Below, piece by piece: positions 20,462 to 29,711 of a stretch of 52,144 nt of DNA. Source of the stretch: Candidatus Sericytochromatia bacterium. GTDB lineage: Bacteria > Cyanobacteriota > Sericytochromatia > S15B-MN24 > VGJW01. The notes under the pieces are model-generated. The model made no database searches. It was given only the letters and a program-made list of their open reading frames with translations, and was not told the origin of the DNA. The translations under genes were made by a program, and so were the position numbers. How positions within the stretch are numbered: the first letter of the stretch is position 1; every line of letters begins with the position of its first letter. The stretch covers positions 1-52,144 of the forward strand of contig JAYKHS010000019.1 in NCBI GenBank assembly GCA_035285865.1, read 5' to 3'.

Positions 20462-23178
20462 CAGGTCCAGCTGGGGACCGCGAGGCTGGCGAGGACTCCG
20501 TCGCAGCGGATGCAGCAGCCGCGGTCCGCGGTGAGCCGGGGGACCTGACGCCAGCACCTCGGGCACTTCTCCCCGCCTGCGTGAGCGACGGCCAGCGCGT
20601 CACCCGGGGTGACTGCAGAGACATTGAGAATTTCGGCCAGTTCAGCCTCGTCGATAGGCAGGTCCGGCAGCCGCACCGTGGCCTCGACGGAAGAGCCGAT
20701 TTCCTTGGCCTGGCGCGCCTGCTCAAGCAGGCTCTGGGATTCCTGCCGAAGGATCATGAGCTTGTCCCAGAGCGTTTGGTCCGACTCGTCGACGACCCAT
20801 TCCGCCGGCACTTCGGGCAAGTCGAGCATGAAGACGCTGGCCTCGCCGGTGTGCATGGTGCTGGGCAGGTGGTCGTGGATGTCCTCCGCAAGGTGCGACA
20901 GAACGGGTGCGACCAGTGTCATCAGGGCCATGAGTTCGTGGGCCATGACCGTCTGTGCCGCGCGTCTTCCCTGATCGTCGGTCGCCGAGGCGTAGAGGCG
21001 GTCCTTGGTCACATCGAGATAAAAGGCCGAGAGGTCCACGACGCAATGATTCTGCAGGATCTGGTACAGACCCTGGAAAGCCACGTCGTCATAGGCCGCT
21101 CGCACCTTGCGGATGACCTCGCCCAAGCGAACCAGCGCCATGCGATCCATGAGCCTGAGTTCCGCGAAAGGCACCGCATGCCGCGCCGGATCGAAGTCGT
21201 GGAGGTTGCCGAGCAGGAACCGGGTCGTGTTGCGAATCTTGCGGTAGACCTCGGAAAGCTGTTGGAGGATGAGGTCGCCGATCCGGACATCATTCGAGAT
21301 GTCGACGCTCGAGACCCAAAGGCGCAGCACATCGGCCCCGACCTTGGCGATGACGGCTTCCGGATCCACCACGTTGCCCAGACTCTTGGACATTTTCCGC
21401 CCTTGGCCATCGAGCGCGAAGCCGTGGCTGACTACCGTGCGGTAGGGGGCTTTGCCCGTCGTGGCCACGGCAGTCAACAAGGAGCTCTGGAACCAGCCGC
21501 GGTACTGATCCGAGCCTTCGAGAATCATGTCCACGGGCCAGCCGAGGCCACGGGCGCGGCAAACGGCCTCGTGCGTGACTCCCGAGTCGAACCAGACATC
21601 CATGATGTCGGTTTCCTTGCGGAACGATCCGCCGCCACAGGACAGACAGGAGGTACCCGCTGGCAGCAGTTCGGCGGCCGAGCGGGCCCACCACGCATCG
21701 GTGCCCTCACGGGCCACGATGTCCGCAACGTGCGCCACCGTCGTGCCATCCATTCTGGGGGTCCGGCAGTCCTCACAGTAGAAGACGGGGATGGGCACGC
21801 CCCACGTGCGCTGGCGCGAGATGCACCAGTCGGTTCGCCCTTCGACCATGCGCCGGATGCGGTTCTCGCCGGATGCGGGCTGCCATCGGACGGTGCCGAT
21901 GGCGGCGAGGGCCTCGTCCCGGAATCCGGCGACGGAGGCGAACCACTGCTCCGTGGCGCGGAAGATGACCGGCTGATGGCAGCGCCAGCAGTGCGGATAA
22001 CTGTGCCGATACGCCGCCGAGGCCAGCAGGAGGCCCGCGGCCGACAGCGTCTCGAGAATGGTCGTGCCGCCATCCTTCAGGGTCTTGCCAGCGACGAGTC
22101 GACCGGCCTCATCCGTGAAGACGCCGCGGTCATCGACAGGCGCCAGAATCTCGAGGCCGTGGCGAATGCCGGCGAGGTAGTCGTCATGGCCGTGCCCGGG
22201 TGCCGTGTGGACCAGGCCGGAGCCGGCCTCCAGCGTCACGTGGTCCCCGGTCAGGACCGGGCTGATGCGGTCGATCCACGGATGTCGGTAGCGTGTGTTT
22301 TCCAGTGCCTTGCCGGCAAAGGGCCCCGCGACGACGGCAGCTTCGGCAAGCGCAGGGACCTCGGTGCGCAGGGCTTCGAGGCGGCCTTCCGCGACCACCA
22401 GGCGGCCAACGGGGGCCTCCACGACGACATACGCGAGGTCAGGATGCACGCAGGTGGCGAGGTTGGCTGGCAGGGTCCACGGCGTGGTGGTCCAGATCAG
22501 CAGGCTGGCGCCCGCAAGACCGGGCAGATTGGTCTCGACGATGGGGAATGCGACGTGCGCGGAGGTGGAGACGTGGTCTTCGTACTCGACCTCGGCTTCG
22601 GCAAGGGCCGTCCTGCAGGTCGCACACCAATGGACGGGCTTCAGTCCCTTGTAGATGTGTCCATTGGCTGCCATGCGCCCGAAGACCCTGAGTTGTTCCG
22701 CCTCGAAGGCCGGGTCCAGCGTCACATAGGGGTGCTCCCAGTCGGCAAGCACGCCAAGGCGCTGGAAGGCCTCCTTCTGGCCGGCGATGCTGCGCTCGGC
22801 GAAGTCACGGCAGAGCGCTCGGAGGGCTAGCGGATCCAGATCTTTGCGGGCTTTGAGTTCCTTGAGCGCAGCGACCTCGGTCGGCAGGCCGTGGGTGTCG
22901 TAGCCCGGCACGAACGGCGTCTGGTACCCCGACATCGCCTTGGCCTTGACCACGATGTCTTTCAGGATCTTGTTGAGGGCGTGGCCGATATGGATGCGTC
23001 CAGAACTGGAGTACGGGGGGCCGTCGTGCAGGACGAAGCGCTGCCTTCCTTCTCGGCGCTCGATGAATCGGGCGTACAGGCCAAGTTCCCGCCAACGGCG
23101 CTGCAGGGCAGGTTCGCGCTCGGTGGCGTTGGCCCGCATCGGGAACTCCGTCTGCGGGAGATGCAGCGTCTCCTTCAG
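20461..23178 (-). CDS. ileS: Isoleucine--tRNA ligase (IleRS1); probable CTG start at 23178, first ATG at 23139
   Basis: HDGPPY, HIGH, WCISRQR, KMSKS, C-terminal Zn finger; conserved [15 protein letters not shown] lies upstream of first ATG. Confidence 0.96.
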   Translation of the reverse strand: MKETLHLPQTEFPMRANATEREPALQRRWRELGLYARFIERREGRQRFVLHDGPPYSSSGRIHIGHALNKILKDIVVKAKAMSGYQTPFVPGYDTHGLPTEVAALKELKARKDLDPLALRALCRDFAERSIAGQKEAFQRLGVLADWEHPYVTLDPAFEAEQLRVFGRMAANGHIYKGLKPVHWCATCRTALAEAEVEYEDHVSTSAHVAFPIVETNLPGLAGASLLIWTTTPWTLPANLATCVHPDLAYVVVEAPVGRLVVAEGRLEALRTEVPALAEAAVVAGPFAGKALENTRYRHPWIDRISPVLTGDHVTLEAGSGLVHTAPGHGHDDYLAGIRHGLEILAPVDDRGVFTDEAGRLVAGKTLKDGGTTILETLSAAGLLLASAAYRHSYPHCWRCHQPVIFRATEQWFASVAGFRDEALAAIGTVRWQPASGENRIRRMVEGRTDWCISRQRTWGVPIPVFYCEDCRTPRMDGTTVAHVADIVAREGTDAWWARSAAELLPAGTSCLSCGGGSFRKETDIMDVWFDSGVTHEAVCRARGLGWPVDMILEGSDQYRGWFQSSLLTAVATTGKAPYRTVVSHGFALDGQGRKMSKSLGNVVDPEAVIAKVGADVLRLWVSSVDISNDVRIGDLILQQLSEVYRKIRNTTRFLLGNLHDFDPARHAVPFAELRLMDRMALVRLGEVIRKVRAAYDDVAFQGLYQILQNHCVVDLSAFYLDVTKDRLYASATDDQGRRAAQTVMAHELMALMTLVAPVLSHLAEDIHDHLPSTMHTGEASVFMLDLPEVPAEWVVDESDQTLWDKLMILRQESQSLLEQARQAKEIGSSVEATVRLPDLPIDEAELAEILNVSAVTPGDALAVAHAGGEKCPRCWRQVPRLTADRGCCIRCDGVLASLAVPSWT

Positions 23179-24287
23179 GACCGGGGCCTCGTGGACGAAG
23201 GGCTGTGAGTGCGCAGGAAGGCCGGCAGTTGCGCGCCTCCGTCCGTATCCGCCGGGACCACGGGCGTGGGCGTGGCGTGTCCGTTGGTCGTGTGCAGCGG
23301 AGCTGCGACATAGCTGCTGCGGAAACCGGTACCGTCCTGCCGGCCCTTGAAGCCCGTCGCGATGACCGTGACCTGTACGGCGCCGCCCAAGGTCTCGTCC
23401 CAGATCAGGCCGACCTTGGTATGGGCTTCCGGATGGCTCTCGGCCCGGATGACGGCCATGGCCTCATCCATCTCGTGGAGCTTGAAGTCGCCTTGGGCAG
23501 CCCGAATGTTGACGATCAGGCCAGAAGCACCCTGGAAGCTGGACTCCAGCAGCGGTGACGCGATGGCCTGGCGTGCGGCCTCGGCTGCCCGGTCCTTGCC
23601 GGTGGCCATGCCCATGCCCATCAGAGCCGAACCGGCACGCGCCATGATCTTCTTGACGTCCTCGAAATCGATGTTCAGATAACCCGGTGCGACGACGACA
23701 TCGGAGATCGTCTGCACGGCCTGACGCAGCAGATCGTCGGCAGCCTTGAAGGCGTCGACCAGCGGCATGTCGCCGAAGTGCTCGCGCAGCCGTTCGTTCG
23801 GGATGACGATCAGGGCGTCCACGGCGGCCAGCAGATTGCTGATGCCCTGAGCCGCAGCCTCTCCCTTGGGAGGGCCTTCGAAGTGGAAAGGCCGCGTCAC
23901 GACGCCCACCGTCAGGGCGCCCAGCTCACGAGCGATCGAGGCGATGACGGGCGCCGCGCCCGTCCCGGTGCCGCCGCCCATGCCAGCAGTCACGAAGACC
24001 ATCTCGGCACCCTGCAGGCGTTCGCGGATCTCGTCTGCCGACTCTTCGGCGGCCTTGGCACCCTTCTCCGGATCCCCGCCGACACCTCGGCCTCGGCTCA
24101 GCTTGCGGCCGAGCTGGATGCGGTGCTCCGCATCGTTGAGCTTCAAGGCCTGGACGTCGGTGTTCAATGCGACGAAAGACACGCCGTCAATCTGTGCCTT
24201 GACCATCGAGTTGACGGCATTGCCGCCGCCACCTCCGACACCGCAGACCTTGATGTCTACGGGAAGAGCTTCGAGGAATTCGGACAA
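23175..24287 (-). CDS. ftsZ: Cell division protein FtsZ
   Basis: [25 protein letters not shown]7 loop, C-terminal LPAFLR. Confidence 0.97.
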   Translation of the reverse strand: MSEFLEALPVDIKVCGVGGGGGNAVNSMVKAQIDGVSFVALNTDVQALKLNDAEHRIQLGRKLSRGRGVGGDPEKGAKAAEESADEIRERLQGAEMVFVTAGMGGGTGTGAAPVIASIARELGALTVGVVTRPFHFEGPPKGEAAAQGISNLLAAVDALIVIPNERLREHFGDMPLVDAFKAADDLLRQAVQTISDVVVAPGYLNIDFEDVKKIMARAGSALMGMGMATGKDRAAEAARQAIASPLLESSFQGASGLIVNIRAAQGDFKLHEMDEAMAVIRAESHPEAHTKVGLIWDETLGGAVQVTVIATGFKGRQDGTGFRSSYVAAPLHTTNGHATPTPVVPADTDGGAQLPAFLRTHSPSSTRPRS

Positions 24288-24319
24288 GGTGCTGGGCTCC
24301 CTTGTGGATGGGTGGCGTC

Positions 24320-24670
24320 TCAGACGGACCAGTAACGGTCCAGCAGCAACCGCCGGATCTTGGCGAGGTTCTCGAAGAGTCTCGTCCCGAACACCACGAT
24401 CGCGGCAAGATACAGGTCTATTCCAAGTTTATCACCAAGTAAGGTGAGGCCGGCGGCAAGAAGCGAATTTGCCGTGAATCCGCTGGCGAATACGGCAAGG
24501 TCGAAGCGGTCGTCCAGGCCGGAACGTACCCCACCCAAGCCCGTGTCAAGTGCCGCGAGAATGGCCACAGCCACGTACTTGGACCACTCATTGGGGATGG
24601 TGATCGGGGCGTAGGCGCCAAGCAGGATGCCGGCCATCAAGGCGCCGGCAATCAGGATGACCGCCTTCAC
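24320..24670 (-). CDS. sbp: Small basic protein family (DUF1290)
   Basis: [37 protein letters not shown]. Confidence 0.88.
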   Translation of the reverse strand: MKAVILIAGALMAGILLGAYAPITIPNEWSKYVAVAILAALDTGLGGVRSGLDDRFDLAVFASGFTANSLLAAGLTLLGDKLGIDLYLAAIVVFGTRLFENLAKIRRLLLDRYWSV

Positions 24671-25344
24671 GACTGCTTGCCCACCGGTTTCGCGTAGCGG
24701 AACATCGTGCTCCCTGCGTAGGCAGGCACCGTCAGCATTTCGCGGACCTTGACGTCGACCTGGATCCCGTAGAAGCGGAGGTATTCGATGATCCCCCCAC
24801 GCATGCCCAGTGCGGATCGCAAGCCCTCGCCGCCTCCGATTGCGCGGACGGTGAAGGGCGGTGCGATGCGCGACTTGTTGATGAGAATGGTCGTACCTGC
24901 GCAAGCAATTTCGGAGGAATCGGCCATGCGCTGGTCGTTGACCGAGATGGCTTCGGCACCTGCCGAGCGCAGTTCGTTGACCAACCGCAGAAGGTCGTCG
25001 TTGTGCACGATGGCGATGTTGGGGTCTTCGCCCTTGCCGGTCGGCTTCTCGCTGTCCGTCAGCACAATCTCGATACCCGGCCCTTCAAGGGCGGGCATCC
25101 CCTGCTCGGGTTGCTTCCCGGCCGACTGGCCCGGGTGCCGGCGCAGTTCCCGCAGTTGCGTGACTTCGCGACTTAGCGCGTCCTTTTCCGCTTCGGCCTG
25201 CTTGAGCATCTGCAGCAGGTCTTCGCTCCGCCTGCTGGGCAGATCCTGCCTGGCGAACACCGCCTGACTGCGGAACTGGGTCGACAGCAGGGCGCCGAGT
25301 ATCACCGTGATGGACATCACGGGGAGCTCCCACCCCTTCTTCAC
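24667..25344 (-). CDS. DUF881 (YlxW/YlxX-like) protein
   Basis: N-terminal TM, coiled coil, GPGI...L.D, VHNDDL..LVNEL..AGAEAISVN.QR, PPF.V.AIG. Confidence 0.9.
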   Translation of the reverse strand: MKKGWELPVMSITVILGALLSTQFRSQAVFARQDLPSRRSEDLLQMLKQAEAEKDALSREVTQLRELRRHPGQSAGKQPEQGMPALEGPGIEIVLTDSEKPTGKGEDPNIAIVHNDDLLRLVNELRSAGAEAISVNDQRMADSSEIACAGTTILINKSRIAPPFTVRAIGGGEGLRSALGMRGGIIEYLRFYGIQVDVKVREMLTVPAYAGSTMFRYAKPVGKQS

Positions 25345-26047
25345 CAGATCCCCCTGCAGCCGATAGGGAGGTCCGGTAGGCCGGCGCGTCCGGGAGGCTG
25401 ACGTCAAGCCATGTTACCCGCACACCGTCTTGCTGCGCCAGTTGCAGGACGTGTCTGGCGACCCCATCTTTGCGTCCCAGTTCGTCGAGGGTGCCCACGA
25501 GGATGGTCCGTCCTGCACGCGACCACTGCCATCCGGCAGAGGCACGGACCATCTGGCCCTTGCCCGGACCCTGCAACTTCAGCCATGCCGCCACGCCTAC
25601 GGCCGTGTCGGCCGGACCACCACGCTTGAGCCCCGAGATCGTCGGCAGGTCCGGGCTGGCCGAGGTGAGGGGAAAGAGGACCCCATCGCCGTCCAGCCCG
25701 AGCAGTCCGGTGGACAACGGCACGCACGCGATGGGTCGGCGCTTGTCGACGCGGATGACGAGTTGCGCCGGCCATGCCAGCCTATGGACAGATGCGTGGC
25801 GTACACCGGGCGACCGCGCCATCTCCTCGGCGAGCCCGGGGGCGTCGATGGCCCACAAGGGGCGGGACGGTCGGGGCAGAAGCTTCCGCAGGCGTTCTTC
25901 GAGACCCCTATCCGCCGTGCCGGTGAAGCGTGTTTCCCCTTGCCAGATCCAACCCGGTGCAGCCCAGAAGGCCAACAGCGCCAACACACCGACGGTCTCG
26001 AGCAGGCCCCTCAGGCGCCGGGCCCTTCTGGAGGCCCTGACCTTCAC
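25085..26047 (-). CDS. ftsQ: FtsQ/DivIB-like protein (frame reads ~260 nt into DUF881)
   Basis: Basic N-terminus + TM, POTRA-like P.V..ASV.R..WP.QL.I.V..R.P, ends WLDVS.PDAP; position murB-X-DUF881. Confidence 0.7.
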   Translation of the reverse strand: MKVRASRRARRLRGLLETVGVLALLAFWAAPGWIWQGETRFTGTADRGLEERLRKLLPRPSRPLWAIDAPGLAEEMARSPGVRHASVHRLAWPAQLVIRVDKRRPIACVPLSTGLLGLDGDGVLFPLTSASPDLPTISGLKRGGPADTAVGVAAWLKLQGPGKGQMVRASAGWQWSRAGRTILVGTLDELGRKDGVARHVLQLAQQDGVRVTWLDVSLPDAPAYRTSLSAAGGSGEEGVGAPRDVHHGDTRRPAVDPVPQSGGVRQAGSAQQAERRPAADAQAGRSGKGRAKSRSHATAGTAPAPGPVGREATRAGDARP

Positions 26048-26922
26048 GGGCGCCCGACCTCGAGTCCGAGGCCACGCACTTCGGGATGCATCAGGATGCC
26101 ATGGACTTCGTGGACACGGTCCCGGACCATGCCAATGAGTCTGTTCATGTCAGCGGCTGTCGCTTCCCCAGCGTTCACGATGAAATTTGCGTGGAGGGGG
26201 CTGACGAGCGCATCGCCGATGCGCGCGCCCTTCAGGCCTGCCGCCTCGATCAGGCGGCCGGCGGACGTGCCCTCCGGATTGCGAAACACGGAGCCCGCGC
26301 TGGGCTCTTGGGGCTGGCGTTCCCGACGCCAGGCGGCCAAGGCCTGGATCTCGGCTCGTGTCTCTTCCGAGGGGATTGGCCTTCCCTTGAGCACTACTTC
26401 CAGCACGATGCCCGGTTGTTCCTGCAGGAGCGAATGTCGGTAGGAGAACCCCAGCGCGTCGGCAGACAGCCACTCCGGCTCTTCACCGGGCCGCAGCACG
26501 AGGGCGCGCGACAGGACCTCGTGGGTCTGGACGCCATGCGCGCCGGCGTTCATGAATACCGCCCCGCCAAGCGTGCCCGGTATGCTCGAGAGAAAGGCAA
26601 GGCCACCGAGGCCGGCGTTCATGGCTGCCTTGACCACGAGTCCGTTCGCAAGGCCTGCCGGTGCGTGGATCTCATTTCCAGAGAACCTGATGGTGCGGGG
26701 ATCGTCCTGCAGGCGCAGGATCGTTCCTGCATAGCCCTCGTCCGCAGCCAGCAGATTGCTGCCTTTCCCGAGGACCGTCCACGGCTCGTGTCGATCGAGA
26801 CTTTCCCGTATGGCCGACGCCAGCAATCGGGGATCCGAACTCTCCACGAAACGCCCAATGGGCCCGCCGACGCGCCACGTCGTCAAGCTGGCGAGGGTCT
26901 TCCGGGCGAGGGCAGGGGCCAT
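26044..26922 (-). CDS. murB: UDP-N-acetylmuramate dehydrogenase
   Basis: TWRVGG, GKGSN, IPGTLGGAVFMNAGA, SAGSVFRNP, HANF. Confidence 0.96.
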   Translation of the reverse strand: MAPALARKTLASLTTWRVGGPIGRFVESSDPRLLASAIRESLDRHEPWTVLGKGSNLLAADEGYAGTILRLQDDPRTIRFSGNEIHAPAGLANGLVVKAAMNAGLGGLAFLSSIPGTLGGAVFMNAGAHGVQTHEVLSRALVLRPGEEPEWLSADALGFSYRHSLLQEQPGIVLEVVLKGRPIPSEETRAEIQALAAWRRERQPQEPSAGSVFRNPEGTSAGRLIEAAGLKGARIGDALVSPLHANFIVNAGEATAADMNRLIGMVRDRVHEVHGILMHPEVRGLGLEVGRP

Positions 26923-26927
26923 GGCCT

Positions 26928-28331
26928 TCAGGCGGAGCGCGGTCGGGTGGTCTGTTCGCGCGCGCCGAGGGCCTCCAGAAGGGGTTCGGCCAGACGATTC
27001 ACGTTGCCTGCGCCCATCAGGATCAGCAGGTCGCCCGGTTGCACGAGGCTTTCGGCCTGATGCGCAGCTCGCGCCGGATCGGGCCAGTAGCAGACTCTGA
27101 GCTCCGGGTTGCCGGCCCGCACGGCATCGGCCAACTGCGCCGAGGAGACTTGGCCAGGGGCCTCGCCCGCGCCGTAGATGTCGAGGAATGCGACGCCCGA
27201 GGCTTCATCGAAGGCCCTCGCGAAACCATCGAAGAGGGCTGCCGTGCGGCTGTGGCGATGCGGTTGGAAGACCACCCAGATCGGTCGGTTCATGAGCTTG
27301 GCTGCAGCGAGCGTCGCCTTGATCTCCGAGGGGTGGTGCGCGTAATCCTCCAAGACTTGGACGCCGGCCACCGTGCCCCTGTCCTGGAAGCGCCGACCTA
27401 CGCCCGTGAAGCGGGCAAGTCCGTTGCCGAGCGTTTCGGGCCCGAAGCCCATCTCCATGGCCGTGACGATGGCGGCTGCCGCATTCAGGATGTTGTGGCG
27501 GCCCGGCACACCCACCGACCACGTATGTCCGTCCAGGACGAAGGTCGAGCCCTGCGCCGTCATGTGCTCTTCGACGATCCTATGGTCGGCTTCGGGAGAG
27601 CATCCGTAGGTCACGACGGTTCGATCGAGGCGCGGCAGCAGGCTACGGACCCCGGCATCGTCCGCGCAGGCGATGATCACGGCATGCGCCGGCAGGCGCG
27701 AAATCCAGATGGCCATCGTGTCCAGAATGTCGTCGAGGTCCTTGTAGTGCTCGAGATGGTCGCCTTCGAGATTGGTGAGGATGACCCAGTCCGCCGTCAG
27801 GCGTTGCATGGACTTGTCCGACTCGTCCGCCTCGGCGACGAGCCAAGGCCCTTGGCCCGTGCGCGCGTTGCCGCCAATGCTGGGCATGTCGCCGCCGATG
27901 AGCAGCGTCGGGTCGGCGCCGGCCTCGATCAGCAGGGTCCCCAGCATGCCGGTGGTGGTGGTCTTGCCATGGGTGCCGCTGACGGCCACCGAGCGATGTC
28001 CGGTCATCAGGGCCGCGAGGATCTCCGAGCGGTGAAAGACGGGCATCCCCAGCCTGCGTGCCTCGACCAACTCCGGGTTGTCCTGAGGGACTGCGGTCGA
28101 GACGACAAGCCCTGCGTGCGTCGGGCGACCGTCCGAAACCAAAGGTGCCAGGTTGGCGGCGTCATGGCCGATGCCGACCGGGATGCTCTGATCCTGCAGT
28201 CGCCGCACGGTAGCCGATGCGTTCAGATCGCTGCCGCTCGATCGACCGTTCAGGTCGTGCCAGACCGAGGCCACGGCGCTCATGCCCACGCCGCCGATGC
28301 CGACGAAGTGGAGGTTGGTGGGAATCCTCAA
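26928..28331 (-). CDS. murC: UDP-N-acetylmuramate--L-alanine ligase
   Basis: HFVGIGGVGMS, GTHGKTTT, EADESD, DYAHHP, FQPHR; GAGGA SD before TTG 28331. Confidence 0.96.
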   Translation of the reverse strand: MRIPTNLHFVGIGGVGMSAVASVWHDLNGRSSGSDLNASATVRRLQDQSIPVGIGHDAANLAPLVSDGRPTHAGLVVSTAVPQDNPELVEARRLGMPVFHRSEILAALMTGHRSVAVSGTHGKTTTTGMLGTLLIEAGADPTLLIGGDMPSIGGNARTGQGPWLVAEADESDKSMQRLTADWVILTNLEGDHLEHYKDLDDILDTMAIWISRLPAHAVIIACADDAGVRSLLPRLDRTVVTYGCSPEADHRIVEEHMTAQGSTFVLDGHTWSVGVPGRHNILNAAAAIVTAMEMGFGPETLGNGLARFTGVGRRFQDRGTVAGVQVLEDYAHHPSEIKATLAAAKLMNRPIWVVFQPHRHSRTAALFDGFARAFDEASGVAFLDIYGAGEAPGQVSSAQLADAVRAGNPELRVCYWPDPARAAHQAESLVQPGDLLILMGAGNVNRLAEPLLEALGAREQTTRPRSA

Positions 28332-28559
28332 GAGGGGTCCTCGGTGGTTGGAGCCCAGGGCGATCATCCGGTGGGTCGGGTAGGGACAGGGGCCGTTGCT
28401 GCGAAGTCTGCCACGCCTGGTGCAGGGACGTTCCGTCCACACGGGCCGATGCTTTCAGTTGGCCGGTGTCCGGTTGGCGGCTCACTCCGTCATCATCGCC
28501 AGCCGCGCTGAGGGCGTAGGTGAGCGCCATCACCCTAGCTCAGGCACGCCTGTTCGTTG

Positions 28560-29711
28560 TCACGTCCTTGTCATGGATGACGCGGCCCAGTCGAGAAGTT
28601 CGGAGGCCACGGCCCGGGCAGCATCCGGGTGACCGAGCGTGGCTGCGCATCGGCCCATCCCCACGCGCTCTTCTTCGTTGTCCATCAGGGCGCACACGAC
28701 AGGGCAAAGTTCATCGATGACGTGATCCTGGGTCACGACCCGACCACCCCCGGCGCGGGCCATGGCGGCTGCATTCGCGGCCTGATCGGGGTTCAGGGCC
28801 AAGGGCACCATCACCCCGGGGCGTCCCAGCAAGGCCATCTCGGCCACCGTCGTTGCCCCGGATCGACTCACGACGAGGTCGCTGGCAGAGAGCAGGTCGG
28901 CCATGGAGTCGCAGTAGGGCGCAGTCACCAATCGCCCAGAAGCCGAGGACCACGCCTCACCGCCGTGCCAGTCCTCGAGCCGGTCGGCATCGGGCAGTGC
29001 ATCAAGCACGTCCTTAAGTTGCGCCTGGCCCGTCAGGTGGACCAGGCGCCATTGGGTCCGGGACAGCCATTCCGTCCGATGCCGCGCCACCGCATCGTTG
29101 AGCAGGCGCGCTCCCAGCGAGCCGCCCGTGATGACCAGGAGGCGTTCCTCGATCCCGATGCCGAAGCGTGCTCGGGCTTGCGCTCTGCCCTCGGGACTCG
29201 CTGCAGGAAGGAACGACGCACGCAGGGGCGTGCCGGTGACCTTGACGGGCTTGTTCGGAAAGGCTGCCGCAGCTTCCTCGTGGGAGACCAGAATGGAAGA
29301 TGCCCAGCGGGCCAGCAGGCTGTTGGCCTTGCCCGGATGCGCGTTGGCTTCATGAAGCACGATGGGCAGTCCACGCGCCGCCGCGGCCAGCAGGGGCGGT
29401 ACCGTGAGATACGCTCCGAAGCCGGCCACGACCCGAGGACGAAGCCGGCCCAGCAGTTGCATGGATGCGATGATCCCGGCGGGAAAGGCCTGCAGGAAGC
29501 GCAGCGCCCGGCCATCGGGCCGGCGCGGGAATGGTGCTGCCGGAACGGCGTGGAATGGCAGGCCGGCAGCAGGTACCACCCGGGCCTCCAGATGGTCGGC
29601 CGTGCCCACGACATGGACGGGAGTGCCGGGTGCCAAGGCCTCGATCGCCTCGGCAACGGCGAGGGCCGGGTAGAGATGACCGCCCGTTCCTCCTGCAGAG
29701 AGCAGGATCAC
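28560..29711 (-). CDS. murG: Lipid II GlcNAc transferase
   Basis: GGTGGH, HEAN, GGSLGA, RSGATT, DQAANA. Confidence 0.96.
   Translation of the reverse strand: MILLSAGGTGGHLYPALAVAEAIEALAPGTPVHVVGTADHLEARVVPAAGLPFHAVPAAPFPRRPDGRALRFLQAFPAGIIASMQLLGRLRPRVVAGFGAYLTVPPLLAAAARGLPIVLHEANAHPGKANSLLARWASSILVSHEEAAAAFPNKPVKVTGTPLRASFLPAASPEGRAQARARFGIGIEERLLVITGGSLGARLLNDAVARHRTEWLSRTQWRLVHLTGQAQLKDVLDALPDADRLEDWHGGEAWSSASGRLVTAPYCDSMADLLSASDLVVSRSGATTVAEMALLGRPGVMVPLALNPDQAANAAAMARAGGGRVVTQDHVIDELCPVVCALMDNEEERVGMGRCAATLGHPDAARAVASELLDWAASSMTRT

Noticed and set aside
20581..22830. 749-aa plus-strand ORF, and similar long ORFs opposite murC, murE, murG and murD
   Set aside because: They lie antisense to well-conserved genes and have no recognisable motifs; explained by GC3 bias removing antisense stops.
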